A DNA stretch of 64,000 bases from Thermodesulfobacteriota bacterium (GCA_965209225.1 OZ242379.1:1666661-1730660); one strand, 5' to 3'; numbered from the stretch's first letter, positions 1-10,315 are shown. Notes: a model not told the origin generated them from the letters alone. A program made the numbers and translations.

Positions 1-307
1 GAACCACCACTTGGTGGTGCATGAGGAGATTTTTCAGGTGAGCGTCGCCGTTATCTTCCCCCGTGCGGTGATGCTTGTAATCTTCCCTGAAGGGGGAAAT
101 GCCTTCAAGCCATTCCCATATGTCCTCGAAAAGCCCCTGCTCGAGGTCGTTTACGAAGACAGAAGCCGTTATGTGCATTGCGGACACGAGGACAAAACCC
201 TCGGTTATGCCGCTTTGCTGCACGATCTGTCTTACCGTCGGAGTTATATGAACGAACTCTCTTTTTTTGTCCGTGTTAAACCACAGATATTCGGTATGAG
301 ATTTCAA
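1..307 (-). CDS. yjbQ: YjbQ/UPF0047 family protein (secondary thiamine-phosphate synthase-like), runs off the window edge
   Basis: Manual minus-strand translation from TTG at 307 gives [22 protein letters not shown]...[13 protein letters not shown]...[14 protein letters not shown], with an AAGGAGG RBS upstream; not in the ORF track. Confidence 0.85.
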   Translation of the reverse strand, partial: MKSHTEYLWFNTDKKREFVHITPTVRQIVQQSGITEGFVLVSAMHITASVFVNDLEQGLFEDIWEWLEGISPFREDYKHHRTGEDNGDAHLKNLLMHHQVVV

Positions 308-414
308 GATGCGCCTCCTTATCTTTTTCCCTGTAACTATACTTTGTCCATAGCGGGTTTTCCTCTGCGGGGACTGTTATACGCAAGCAGCCTGACTGCA
401 AGCGGACGGTTGTC

Positions 415-520
415 ATGAAAGATACCACCTTCAAGGTTCTCGGATTTTACAATGGCAAGGAGAAGGAATGGAGTCCTGTAACGTTGGAAATGGATGTTTG
501 AGGACGCGGCGAGGGTTTAT
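415..520 (+). pseudogene. Possible HicB/DUF1902-like antitoxin remnant
   Basis: MKDTTFKVLGFYNGKEKEWSPVTLEMDV*GRG resembles HicB-like W..LEMD.WG.G, with an in-frame TGA where Trp is expected; short. Confidence 0.3.
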
Positions 521-771
521 AATGATTTTAGAAAGCAGCAGGTTAGAAATTTTATGAAATCTGGATTATAATCTATACACATAAGAGTCTTTGGTAATCA
601 TGTCAGTTCCTATGGTTATCTTGAATAATTTCGCAGGGAAGAAGTTGTCAGCTTATCACGAAGGCGGTCTTCGTAAAGGAGCACAAGCGAGGCAGGTTGA
701 GTTATCCTGTAAGACTCTGTTTATAAGTTCCAGAGTATGCGAAATTGTTCAGATTATTTGATTAGACAAGT

Positions 772-1737
772 ATGGGAAAAAACACTGGACAGTCTTTCAA
801 ACGGAAAACTGATTTAGATGAGTTTTTTGGCCGGAAGCAGCTCAGAGGCAAGATTCTAGAGTTGCCCCAACAAGAAACTTTTTCACCCCAGGTTTACTAC
901 ATTCACCCAAATGGAAAGTTTTATTTAGGGGACTGCGTGAACGTAATGAAAGGCCTTGACGACGAATCTGTCGATCTGGTTTTTGCCGACCCGCCATATA
1001 ATATTAAAAAAGCTGACTGGGACCACTTCAATTCACAGAAAGAGTACATTGACTGGTCATGCGTCTGGATAGAACAGGCGGCCCGAATTCTCAAGCCAAC
1101 AGGTTCACTCTACATTTGCGGTTTTTCGGAAATAGTGGCTGATATTAAATCTCCGGCGATGAACTTTTTTCACAAATGCCGTTGGATAATCTGGCACTAT
1201 AAAAACAAAGCGAGCCTGGCGAATGACTGGGGGAGGTCACATGAGAGCATTTTGCATTTTCGAAAAACAAAAAAGCATAAGATCAATGTTGATGCTGTTA
1301 GAATACCTTACTCGGAGCACACTTTGAAGTATCCCTCGCACCCACAAGCAGCTACAAGTCAATACGGAAACGGCAAACAGCACTACTGGGAACCCAATCC
1401 TGAAGGAGCCAAACCGAAAGATGTTCTGGAAATCCCGACGACTTGCAACGGAATGCACGAAAAAACCCCTCATCCTACGCAAAAGCCGGAGGAACTTCTA
1501 CGTAAAATCATTCTTGCTTCGTCTAAAGAAGACGATGTAGTATTCGACCCGTTCCTCGGTTCTGGAACTACAACCGTTTGCGCGGAGCAACTCAAACGGA
1601 AATGGATAGGATGTGATTTGTCTCAGGAATATCTCGATTGGGCAGTAGAACGTATTGAACTGGTTGAAGATTGGCCTATACAAAAATGGAGGCAATATGA
1701 TTTCGAGAATCTTAGACGCAGAAATTCAATACGATGA
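772..1737 (+). CDS. Site-specific DNA methyltransferase (N6/N4, beta class)
   Basis: DPPY catalytic motif precedes HPTQKP and the DPFLGSGTT SAM-binding motif. Confidence 0.93.
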   Translation: MGKNTGQSFKRKTDLDEFFGRKQLRGKILELPQQETFSPQVYYIHPNGKFYLGDCVNVMKGLDDESVDLVFADPPYNIKKADWDHFNSQKEYIDWSCVWIEQAARILKPTGSLYICGFSEIVADIKSPAMNFFHKCRWIIWHYKNKASLANDWGRSHESILHFRKTKKHKINVDAVRIPYSEHTLKYPSHPQAATSQYGNGKQHYWEPNPEGAKPKDVLEIPTTCNGMHEKTPHPTQKPEELLRKIILASSKEDDVVFDPFLGSGTTTVCAEQLKRKWIGCDLSQEYLDWAVERIELVEDWPIQKWRQYDFENLRRRNSIR

Positions 1738-2621
1738 AAATTACCCAACTCGCTGATATCGCAACAGACAAAACAAAATTTAGCACGATTCCTGATTTCT
1801 TGGACTTCGCAGAGAAATACTTAGAATATGCTGCCACCAAACTTCAAGCAGTCATAGTTTCCCAGAACGAGAATCACTACCACTTTTATCAATACGGTTC
1901 AGACGGCGACTATCAGATTACTCGTCCCATAAATTCAAAACTTATGTACAATGCATCTGAGTTCCCTGCTGCCAAAAAGTCTTTTGCTAAAATACTGAAC
2001 AATGCTAAAGGTGTAAGATCCAAGAAGAAAAGAGAGTCTATCAACAAGACAGTTTATACTTTGCAAATGGCTATCGGTTCAACCCTTGACGCTTTGGTAG
2101 GAGCTTCTAATAAAGCAAGAAAGATCAACGGAGACCTTTTTGAACGCTTAATTCATCTTGTCATCAAGGAGGTCGGTGTTGAGTGCAAGTCTGGTGTAGT
2201 GAAAATCCCATTTATACTTCAGGGAGAAAAGCAGTTCCAAATGAGTTATCAGCACGATTTGATTATTGAACGTGATGAAGAGGTAAAACTTATTGGTTCA
2301 ATAAAAACTTCCAGCAAAGATAGAATAGACAAAATTTTCATCGATAAGTTTTTGTACAGCAAGTTAACTGATACCAATATTCCACACGTTGCTGTGTTTT
2401 TAAATGATGTTCAGCGAAAGAAAACCAATAAGAAAAACAAGTACGGTATCAGTTCAACTTTTCTCCCAGGACATTTCCGCGGTTACTCGGTCAAGCTTAA
2501 TGCTCTTGATGGTGTTTATTACTGCGATATTCGCCCAAATATGCTTACAGAAGACATATTAAAGGACCACATCCAGAGTTTAGACCACTTGCTCTGCAAG
2601 GATATTTGGAAATTTATATGA
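1734..2621 (+). CDS. Putative type II restriction endonuclease
   Basis: ATGA overlap with the MTase; AT-rich; GDLFE...HDLII...SIKTSSKDR is a PD-(D/E)xK-like arrangement. Confidence 0.7.
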   Translation: MKITQLADIATDKTKFSTIPDFLDFAEKYLEYAATKLQAVIVSQNENHYHFYQYGSDGDYQITRPINSKLMYNASEFPAAKKSFAKILNNAKGVRSKKKRESINKTVYTLQMAIGSTLDALVGASNKARKINGDLFERLIHLVIKEVGVECKSGVVKIPFILQGEKQFQMSYQHDLIIERDEEVKLIGSIKTSSKDRIDKIFIDKFLYSKLTDTNIPHVAVFLNDVQRKKTNKKNKYGISSTFLPGHFRGYSVKLNALDGVYYCDIRPNMLTEDILKDHIQSLDHLLCKDIWKFI

Positions 2622-2622
2622 T

Positions 2623-2757
2623 ATGGCAATGCCAGAATCACAATTAGAAACATGGGCAAATCAGGGAAGTATTATTGAAGCCAAATCCTCCGCGGACTCA
2701 GTTAAAAACGGACTTAAATCACCTTTCTTTAGTCGGCTTGCTAATCTTTATTTATAG
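2623..2757 (+). pseudogene. N-terminal stub of a CdnE-like CD-NTase (CBASS nucleotidyltransferase)
   Basis: MAMPESQLETWANQGSIIEAKSSADSVKNGL resembles the clade-E CD-NTase N-terminus (PESQLExWxxQG); stops after 44 aa, before the QGS/DxD motifs. Confidence 0.6.
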
Positions 2758-2889
2758 TCACTGATAATATCAACTACCTGCTCAGCCTGTTTATTTTTTG
2801 AGGATTTGTTGTACCCTATCTTGTCTTTTAATCGGTTGAAAATTCCTGCGCGGGATTGTCCGCGTATTTATTCAAGGAAGCTTAATCAG

Positions 2890-4185
2890 ATGAAAATAGC
2901 CGTTATAGGAACGGGTTACGTGGGGCTTGTCACGGGGGCATGTTTAGCGGGAAGCGGGAACAGCGTTGTGTGTGTCGACATAGATGAAAGCAAAATCGAG
3001 AGCCTTCGGCGCGCTGAAGTTCCCTTTTTCGAGCCGGGTCTTGATGAGATGGTGCGCACCAATATGGATGAGAGAAGGCTCTCATTTACAACCGATATAG
3101 CTTCGGCCGTCAGGGAATCCTTTCTTGTATTTATTGCGGTTGGAACTCCTCAGGCGCAAGACGGCGAGGCGGATATCTCTTCTGTTCTTGAAGTTGCGCG
3201 GTCGATAGCAAGCAATCTTAACGGATACAAGATAGTGGTAACCAAAAGTACGGTTCCCGTCGGCACTACCGAGGATGTGCGCGACACTATAAAGTCCCTC
3301 ACGGATCAGGAATTCGGTGTGGCGTCGAATCCTGAATTTCTCAAGGAAGGAGCAGCGATTGAGGACTTCCTTAAGCCCGACAGGGTGGTAATAGGAGTTG
3401 AGGATGAATCGGTAGGCTCGGTTCTAAGGGAGCTTTACTCTCCCTTTATGAGGTCTGCCGACAGGACGATAGTGGTTTCCATCCGGTCTTCCGAAATGTC
3501 TAAATACGCCTCAAACGCAATGCTTGCCACCAGGATATCGTTTATGAACGATATAGCCAATCTGTGCGAACTTCTGGGTGCGAACGTGTCCGAGGTGCGC
3601 TCGGTTGTAGGTTCTGATGCGAGGATAGGCAGATATTATCTCTATCCGGGAATAGGATACGGGGGATCGTGTTTCCCAAAGGACGTAAAAGCTCTTGAGA
3701 AAATGGCGCACGGTGTAGGCTATGAACCCAGAGTTGTAGCCGCGGTTAACCGCGTGAATGCCGCCCAGAGGGAGAGATTTTTCGATAAGATAGCGGGTTT
3801 TTTCTCTGATCTTGCAGGAAAAAGAGTTGCCGTGTGGGGAATTTCGTTTAAGCCCAACACGGATGATATAAGAGAGGCCCCGTCGCTTTACGTGATAGAA
3901 AGGCTTCTTGATGCGGGATGTTCTGTTGCCGTCCACGACCCCGCCGCCATGGAAAACGCGAGAACCGTATTAGGAGACAGCGTGGATTATTTCGAATCCT
4001 ACTACGATGCCTGCAGGGGGGCGGACGCTCTTGTGATTCACACCGAGTGGAGCCAGTACAGACAGCCCAATTTCGAGATGATAAGGGAGATGATGAAGAC
4101 CCCTGCGATATTTGATGGAAGAAATATCTATGATTACATGAAACTTGAGGGCATGGGTATCAAGTATTTCGGAATCGGCAGGTAA
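2890..4185 (+). CDS. ugd: UDP-glucose 6-dehydrogenase
   Basis: GTGYVG, KSTVPVGT, NPEFLKEG, GYGGSCFPKD, FKPNTDDIRE motifs. Confidence 0.95.
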   Translation: MKIAVIGTGYVGLVTGACLAGSGNSVVCVDIDESKIESLRRAEVPFFEPGLDEMVRTNMDERRLSFTTDIASAVRESFLVFIAVGTPQAQDGEADISSVLEVARSIASNLNGYKIVVTKSTVPVGTTEDVRDTIKSLTDQEFGVASNPEFLKEGAAIEDFLKPDRVVIGVEDESVGSVLRELYSPFMRSADRTIVVSIRSSEMSKYASNAMLATRISFMNDIANLCELLGANVSEVRSVVGSDARIGRYYLYPGIGYGGSCFPKDVKALEKMAHGVGYEPRVVAAVNRVNAAQRERFFDKIAGFFSDLAGKRVAVWGISFKPNTDDIREAPSLYVIERLLDAGCSVAVHDPAAMENARTVLGDSVDYFESYYDACRGADALVIHTEWSQYRQPNFEMIREMMKTPAIFDGRNIYDYMKLEGMGIKYFGIGR

Positions 4186-4216
4186 TGAGAATAGACTGGG
4201 AGCGGTCTTTACCATC

Positions 4217-5203
4217 ATGAATGTAATTGTTTCGGGTTGCGCAGGATTTATAGGCGCCAAAGTGTGCGAGCTTCTTCTTGAGCGCGGGGATCTGGTTTTC
4301 GGGCTCGACAACATGTCCGATGCTTATGACGTGCGACTCAAGCATCGCAGGCTTGAAACTCTCAGAGGGTTTGAGAGATTCAGTTCTTTCGAATGCGACA
4401 TATCGGACAATCCCAGACTTCTTTCTGCGTGCGAGGAAATAAAAGCTTTTTGCGGGGGCGGCCGAATTGGCTGCGTTATTAACCTCGCGGCCCGTGCCGG
4501 GGTTCGCCAGAGCATTGAGAACCCCTGGATATATTACTCCACCAACGTGACAGGGACCCTTAATCTCCTTGAGTTCTGCCGCACAGAAGGAATAGGCAAG
4601 TTCGTGCTCGCCTCGACTTCGAGCGTTTACGGGGAAAACGAAATCCCCTTTGTGGAGGATATGAAGACCGATTACCAGCTTTCTCAATACGCATCCTCGA
4701 AGAAATCGGCCGAAGGCCTTTGCTCGGTTTACAGCTCTCTTTACGGAATAGATATCTCGGTGCTTCGCTACTTTACGGTTTACGGTCCCGCGGGAAGGCC
4801 GGACATGAGCGTTTTTCGGTTCATAAAGTGGATAAATGAGGGAGAGGAAATAGTGATACTCGGCGACGGAGAACAGAAAAGAGACTTTACCTACGTTGAC
4901 GATATCGCGGCGGGTACCGTCTTGGCGATAAGGAATCTGGGCTTTGAGATAATAAACCTCGGAAGCGCAGCCTCTATCTCCCTGAACGAAATCATAGACG
5001 TCATAGAACGCGGAACCGGGAAAAAAGCCAAAGTCGCTTGCAGCGCCCCGCATCCTTCCGATATCAGGGTTACATTGGCAAGTATAGCCAAGGCGAAAAA
5101 GATTCTGGACTGGGAGCCTTGCTTTGATATCGAGACCGGCATTGAAAACTCGCTCAGATGGTATAATGCCAACGAGGCCCTTGTACGGAGCATAGAAGTT
5201 TAA
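4217..5203 (+). CDS. NAD-dependent epimerase (UDP-glucuronate 4-epimerase-like)
   Basis: GCAGFIG, LAARAGVR, YASSKK, RYFTVYGPAGRPDM; follows ugd. Confidence 0.88.
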   Translation: MNVIVSGCAGFIGAKVCELLLERGDLVFGLDNMSDAYDVRLKHRRLETLRGFERFSSFECDISDNPRLLSACEEIKAFCGGGRIGCVINLAARAGVRQSIENPWIYYSTNVTGTLNLLEFCRTEGIGKFVLASTSSVYGENEIPFVEDMKTDYQLSQYASSKKSAEGLCSVYSSLYGIDISVLRYFTVYGPAGRPDMSVFRFIKWINEGEEIVILGDGEQKRDFTYVDDIAAGTVLAIRNLGFEIINLGSAASISLNEIIDVIERGTGKKAKVACSAPHPSDIRVTLASIAKAKKILDWEPCFDIETGIENSLRWYNANEALVRSIEV

Positions 5204-5307
5204 TACGCTGTGGACGCCCTGGGAAATGGTTTGGGATTATATCGGTATTGACAGAGCCCATCGGTTTTTTATAAGATTTAGACAAATTTTGCGGAACAAC
5301 TGTTTTC

Positions 5308-7548
5308 ATGGCTAAATCTCTTGTTATAGTTGAATCTCCTTCCAAGGCGAGAACAATAAAGAAGTATCTCGGCCGGGATTTCCGCGTGGAGGCTTCTTCA
5401 GGGCATCTCGTAGATCTTCCGAGCAGCAGTCTCGGGGTGGATATCCAAAACGATTTCAAGCCCAAATATACGGTCATAAAGGGCAAAACCAAGTATCTTG
5501 AGAATCTGAAAAAGGCATCCCGGGACGCGGAAAAAGTGTATCTTGCCTCCGACCCGGACAGAGAAGGGGAAGCGATCGCGTGGCACATAGCGAACCGTCT
5601 TAATCTCTGGGACAAGGTCCACAGGGTACTTATACACGAAATAACGGAAGCGGGCGTAAGGGAATCGATGAGCAGACCACTTGCTATTAACACGGACCGC
5701 TTCGAATCTCAGCAGGCAAGAAGAATTCTTGACAGGATCGTCGGCTACAAGGTGAGTCCTGTTCTCTGGAAGAAAGTGAGAAAGGGGCTTAGCGCCGGCA
5801 GGGTGCAGAGCATTGCTCTCAGATTCGTCGTTGACAGGGAAAGGGAGATTCAGAATTTCAAGCCGCGGGAATACTGGACCCTTGACGCGCTTGTTAAGAG
5901 GGCCGCGGACCCCGATTCAGATGCCTTCACGGCCTCACTCCACATGTTCCGGGGGAAAAAAGCCAAGATCGAAAACGCGCAGCAGTCAGAGGAGATAGTT
6001 TCCGCGCTTTCGGGAAAGGATTTTGTCGTAGGGAAAATCGAGAAGAAAGAACGCAGAAGAAGGCCGCTTCCTCCTTTCATAACAAGCACGCTTCAGCAGG
6101 ACTCCTCGAAGAAAAACCGCTTCTCCGTGAAGAAGACTATGCTGGTCGCCCAGGGACTCTACGAGGGAGTTGAGCTTGGGAGCGAGGGTCCGGTGGGACT
6201 TATAACTTACATGAGGACCGATTCGGTGAGGGCGTCTGATAACGCCGTAGCGGAAGCAAGGGGGTTCATATCCGAGAATTACGGAGGGGATTACGTGCCG
6301 GGGCGTCCGAACACCTTTAAGGTGAAAAAATCCGCGCAGGACGCCCATGAATGCATAAGGCCCACTTTTCCCTCGAGGCGTCCCGAAGATCTGAAGAAGT
6401 TTCTCAATGAAGACCAGTGTAAGCTTTATTCCCTTATATGGAAAAGGTTCATTGCCTCGCAGATGTCTCCGGCCGTGTACGACCAGACTCGTGTCGACAT
6501 CACGGCGGGCGAAGCCGTTTTCAGAGCCACCGGCAACGTGATGAAATTCCCGGGCTTTACGGCCGCCTACGAGGAGGCAACTGAAAAAGAAGAAAACAGC
6601 AATACTGATAAGAACTCGAAAGAAGACGAGAACAAGCGGCTTCCCGAGCTTTCTGAAAAAGATGTTCTTTCTCTTTTAAAGCTTGACCCCAGGCAGCATT
6701 TCACCCAGCCGCCGCCCAGATATTCGGAGAGTTCGCTCGTGAAAGAGCTTGAGGAAAAGGGTATCGGACGGCCCTCGACCTATGCTTCAATTCTTTCGAC
6801 AATACAGGACAGGGGATACGCCGAGCGGCAGAAGGGAAGGTTCGTTCCGACTCCCCTGGGCTTTTCCGTGAACGATTTTCTTGTGGAGGGTTTCCCGGGA
6901 ATAATGAACGAGGAGTTTACGGCCCGGATGGAAAGCGATCTTGACAGGGTGGAAGAAGGCGAAGTTCACTGGGTTGAACTGCTGCGGGGCTTTTACGATG
7001 GATTCTCAAAAAGCGTGACCAGAGCCGAGGATGAAATCGAGGGGCGCAAGCTGGAAATTCCGACCGATATAGAATGCGACAAGTGCGGAGAGCCGATGGT
7101 TATAAGGGAAGGGCGCTACGGGCAGTTTCTTTCCTGCTCGAGGTATCCTGAATGCAGGAACGCGAAGGACTTCACGAGGACGGAAAACGGGGAGATAGAA
7201 GTCGGGAAGAAAGCTGATCCCGAGACCCCAACCGATATAGAATGCGATAAGTGCGGAGAGCCGATGGTTATAAAGGAAGGGCGCTACGGGCAGTTTCTTT
7301 CCTGCTCGAGGTATCCCGATTGTAAAAACCCCAAGGAGTTCACGAGACAGGACGGCAGGGTCGTCGTAAAGCAGAAGGAAGCTCCCGAGGTCCGTGAAGA
7401 CATAAAATGCGAGAAATGCGGTAAACCTATGGTAGTTCGCAGCAGCAGGCGCGGACGTTTTCTCGGCTGCAGCGGCTATCCGAAATGCAGAAGCACCATC
7501 AATCTCGATAAAGACGGCAATATAGTCAGAAAAGCGGAAGAAGTCTGA
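5308..7548 (+). CDS. topA: DNA topoisomerase I with three C-terminal C4 zinc ribbons
   Basis: IVESPSKA, DPDREGE, GRVQS, LITYMRTDS (catalytic Tyr), CxxC repeats. Confidence 0.97.
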   Translation: MAKSLVIVESPSKARTIKKYLGRDFRVEASSGHLVDLPSSSLGVDIQNDFKPKYTVIKGKTKYLENLKKASRDAEKVYLASDPDREGEAIAWHIANRLNLWDKVHRVLIHEITEAGVRESMSRPLAINTDRFESQQARRILDRIVGYKVSPVLWKKVRKGLSAGRVQSIALRFVVDREREIQNFKPREYWTLDALVKRAADPDSDAFTASLHMFRGKKAKIENAQQSEEIVSALSGKDFVVGKIEKKERRRRPLPPFITSTLQQDSSKKNRFSVKKTMLVAQGLYEGVELGSEGPVGLITYMRTDSVRASDNAVAEARGFISENYGGDYVPGRPNTFKVKKSAQDAHECIRPTFPSRRPEDLKKFLNEDQCKLYSLIWKRFIASQMSPAVYDQTRVDITAGEAVFRATGNVMKFPGFTAAYEEATEKEENSNTDKNSKEDENKRLPELSEKDVLSLLKLDPRQHFTQPPPRYSESSLVKELEEKGIGRPSTYASILSTIQDRGYAERQKGRFVPTPLGFSVNDFLVEGFPGIMNEEFTARMESDLDRVEEGEVHWVELLRGFYDGFSKSVTRAEDEIEGRKLEIPTDIECDKCGEPMVIREGRYGQFLSCSRYPECRNAKDFTRTENGEIEVGKKADPETPTDIECDKCGEPMVIKEGRYGQFLSCSRYPDCKNPKEFTRQDGRVVVKQKEAPEVREDIKCEKCGKPMVVRSSRRGRFLGCSGYPKCRSTINLDKDGNIVRKAEEV
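7063..7316 (+). repeat. Near-identical 86-bp direct repeat (7063-7148 and 7231-7316) encoding duplicated topA zinc ribbons
   Basis: Two mismatches in 86 bp, 168-bp offset. Confidence 0.9.
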
Positions 7549-7554
7549 TTCATT

Positions 7555-10053
7555 ATGCGGGGCGAGCTGGAAAAAATCCTGCGTTCTCTGGAGACTCCAC
7601 TTCTTTTTGCCTCAAGGAATAATTTTTCGAACCTTGACAAGGTTCCCGAGCTTGGAGAGGACATAAGGAGAATCTCAACGAAACTTCTTACGGGAAAATC
7701 TCCCGAAGAAGTAAAAACTCCTGTAGCGTCACTTAGGAATTCTTTCTCAGATTTCAAAAAGCTTACGCGCTCGGAGAAAACGGAAAGGATATCTTCGGCT
7801 CTTGCCGTTATTCATGGAATAAAAGGCACCGCGGCCCGACTGCCCGAGTCGGATGCTCCGCCACGCTTCCGCGCTCCGCAATCTCGCCCGAAGAAAAAAA
7901 ACTTCTCCCAAAGCCGGGGCAGAGGCTTTTTCGAAAGCGTGGCCGATGTCCCGGGCATCGGAGCTAAGGCCTCTAGTCTTCTGGCCAAAAGGTCCATACG
8001 AAGCGTCTACGATCTTCTTTTCTACCGTCCGAGAAAATACGATGACAGAACAAAGATAACCAGCATCTCGGAGATCGTTCCGGAGGATTTCTACACGGTA
8101 AGAGGCAAGGTTATTTCTATCGGTGACATAAGGAACAGAAACAGAAAATTTTTCCAGGTCGTGCTCTCTGACGGAACGCAGAGACTGAGACTCACCTGGT
8201 TTAACTACAACGCCCGTTACCTTAGGGGGATTTTCAAAAAAGAGAGGCATTTTATAATTCACGGCAAGGTATCGCTGGCCCCGGGAGGCAGGACTCTTCA
8301 GATGATTCACCCTCTTCCCCAGGATATTGAAACAATAGAAGGCGAAGATGATATCGGAAACCCCCTTCAGTTCGGAAGAATAGTTCCCGTTTACCCGCTT
8401 ACGGATGGCCTTACGCAGAAAAGGCTGAGGGAAATAGTAAGAAGCATACTTGACGGTTACGCGCGGAGTCTAAAAGGGCTGGTCCCGAAGGAAATCCGGG
8501 AAAAGCACGATCTTATGGATATGCCCGAAGCCCTGGAGCAAGTACATTTTCCAAGCGCTGATTTTCCACCCGTTGATTTTGACGACCCTGTGTCGGTCAT
8601 GGGTTCGCGGGCTCACAGGACAATAATATTCTTTGAGTTTTTTGTTCTTCAGCTCGGACTTATGATGAAGAAACGGAAGGTTGAGCAAAGCAGGGGTCTG
8701 TCGTTTGACTCAAGCGGAGTTCTCGCGGAAAAGCTTCTCCGCTCGCTTCCTTTCAGTCTCACTTCCGCTCAGGAAAAGGCGGTTTCGGCAATCGCTTCCG
8801 ATATGATTTCCCCGTGTCCGATGAACAGGCTTCTGCAGGGGGACGTGGGGAGCGGAAAAACCCTGGTTGCCCTTGTCTCCATGCTCCGCGTGGTTGAGTC
8901 CGGCTACCAGGCCGCTCTAATGGTGCCCACGGAAATACTGGCCGAGCAGCATTTTCGCAACATCCGACGAATGACCGACGACATGGGGGTGGAGATTAGT
9001 CTTCTCAAAAGCGCGCTCACGCGGAAAGAAAAAACCCGGGTTTATGAGGATATAAAAACCGGGCGTGCCGATATCGTCGTGGGAACCCATGCCCTGATTT
9101 CAGAAGGGGTGGAATTCAAGGCCCTAGGGTTTGTCGTAATAGACGAGCAGCACAGGTTCGGGGTTCTCCAGAGGGCCAGACTTGTGCACAAGGGAACAGC
9201 CCCCGATGTGCTTGTGATGACGGCTACCCCGATTCCGAGAACCCTGGCCATCACCGTGTACGGGGACCTTGAACTCTCCGTGATAGATGAACTTCCTCCC
9301 TCGAGAAAGAGGATAAACACCTTTGTTCTCAGCGATACGCGGAAAAACCGGACATGGCTGTACGATGAGATAAGAGAGAAGCTTGGAGAGGGGCGCCAGT
9401 CGTATTTCGTTTATCCGTTCATAGAAGAGTCCGAGAATCAGGATTTCAGGCATATAAGACATGTGACCAAAATGGCGGAAGAGCTTCGCGGAGAGTTCCT
9501 TGAGTTTCAAGTTTCACTTCTTCACGGCAGGATGAAAAGCAAGGAAAGAGACGGGGTGATGGAGGATTTTCTGGCGAGACGGTGCGATATTCTGGTTTCC
9601 ACCACCGTGATAGAGGTCGGGGTCGATGTTCCCAACGCCACTGTAATCGTCATAGAGAACGCGGAGCGCTTCGGACTCTCACAGCTTCACCAGATGAGGG
9701 GAAGAGTGGGAAGGGGAGAACATGAATCAACCTGCTACGTGCTATATTCGTTCGCGTCGGGGGAGGATTCCGGTGAGAGACTGAGGATAATGGGGGAGAC
9801 TTCGAATGGATTCAGAATTTCCGAGGCTGACTTAGCCAACAGGGGTCCCGGAGAATTCATGGGCACGAAGCAGTCAGGTGTTCCAGGCTTCAGCTTCGGG
9901 AATCTGATCAGGGATTCCGCTCTTTTGAACGAAGCCAGAGAGTCAGCCCGTGAATTAATAGGCGCAGGGGAATATCTTGGGAAATACGAAAGCCTCTTCA
10001 GACACGTAAGGACTAAGTGGGGTGAAATGCTTGAGCTTGATACGAACTCATAG
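7555..10053 (+). CDS. recG: ATP-dependent DNA helicase RecG
   Basis: QGDVGSGKT, DEQHRFG, TATPIPRT, QMRGRVGRG, wedge domain. Confidence 0.96.
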   Translation: MRGELEKILRSLETPLLFASRNNFSNLDKVPELGEDIRRISTKLLTGKSPEEVKTPVASLRNSFSDFKKLTRSEKTERISSALAVIHGIKGTAARLPESDAPPRFRAPQSRPKKKNFSQSRGRGFFESVADVPGIGAKASSLLAKRSIRSVYDLLFYRPRKYDDRTKITSISEIVPEDFYTVRGKVISIGDIRNRNRKFFQVVLSDGTQRLRLTWFNYNARYLRGIFKKERHFIIHGKVSLAPGGRTLQMIHPLPQDIETIEGEDDIGNPLQFGRIVPVYPLTDGLTQKRLREIVRSILDGYARSLKGLVPKEIREKHDLMDMPEALEQVHFPSADFPPVDFDDPVSVMGSRAHRTIIFFEFFVLQLGLMMKKRKVEQSRGLSFDSSGVLAEKLLRSLPFSLTSAQEKAVSAIASDMISPCPMNRLLQGDVGSGKTLVALVSMLRVVESGYQAALMVPTEILAEQHFRNIRRMTDDMGVEISLLKSALTRKEKTRVYEDIKTGRADIVVGTHALISEGVEFKALGFVVIDEQHRFGVLQRARLVHKGTAPDVLVMTATPIPRTLAITVYGDLELSVIDELPPSRKRINTFVLSDTRKNRTWLYDEIREKLGEGRQSYFVYPFIEESENQDFRHIRHVTKMAEELRGEFLEFQVSLLHGRMKSKERDGVMEDFLARRCDILVSTTVIEVGVDVPNATVIVIENAERFGLSQLHQMRGRVGRGEHESTCYVLYSFASGEDSGERLRIMGETSNGFRISEADLANRGPGEFMGTKQSGVPGFSFGNLIRDSALLNEARESARELIGAGEYLGKYESLFRHVRTKWGEMLELDTNS

Positions 10054-10286
10054 AATATCAATACAAGGGGCACTTCTAAAGATTGATTTGCGCTCCCTCT
10101 CCGGTTCCATCCAAATCAACCTGAGACGGGGACGGAACAGTTCCCACGGATAATCGCGTTGAGTCTGACCAAAGGGTCTTTGTTGTCATCCAGTCTCACC
10201 TACCTGTCCTCTTCTCCGAAATTCAGATATTCCACTTTCCTTCCTCCGGCATTGTTTTATCGCGTCCGCATCCACCGCCCCGTAAT

Positions 10287-10315
10287 TTGACGGGGGGGGG
10301 GTGAGCAGATATACT
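10287..10315 (+). promoter_or_regulatory. Sigma70-type promoter TTGACG-N17-TATACT containing a G10 tract
   Basis: -35 at 10287-10292, -10 at 10310-10315, 17-bp spacer, G run 10292-10301; lies 48 bp upstream of the LRR gene. Confidence 0.7.

Noticed and set aside
11-418. 135-aa plus-strand ORF
   Set aside because: Antisense shadow of yjbQ on the minus strand
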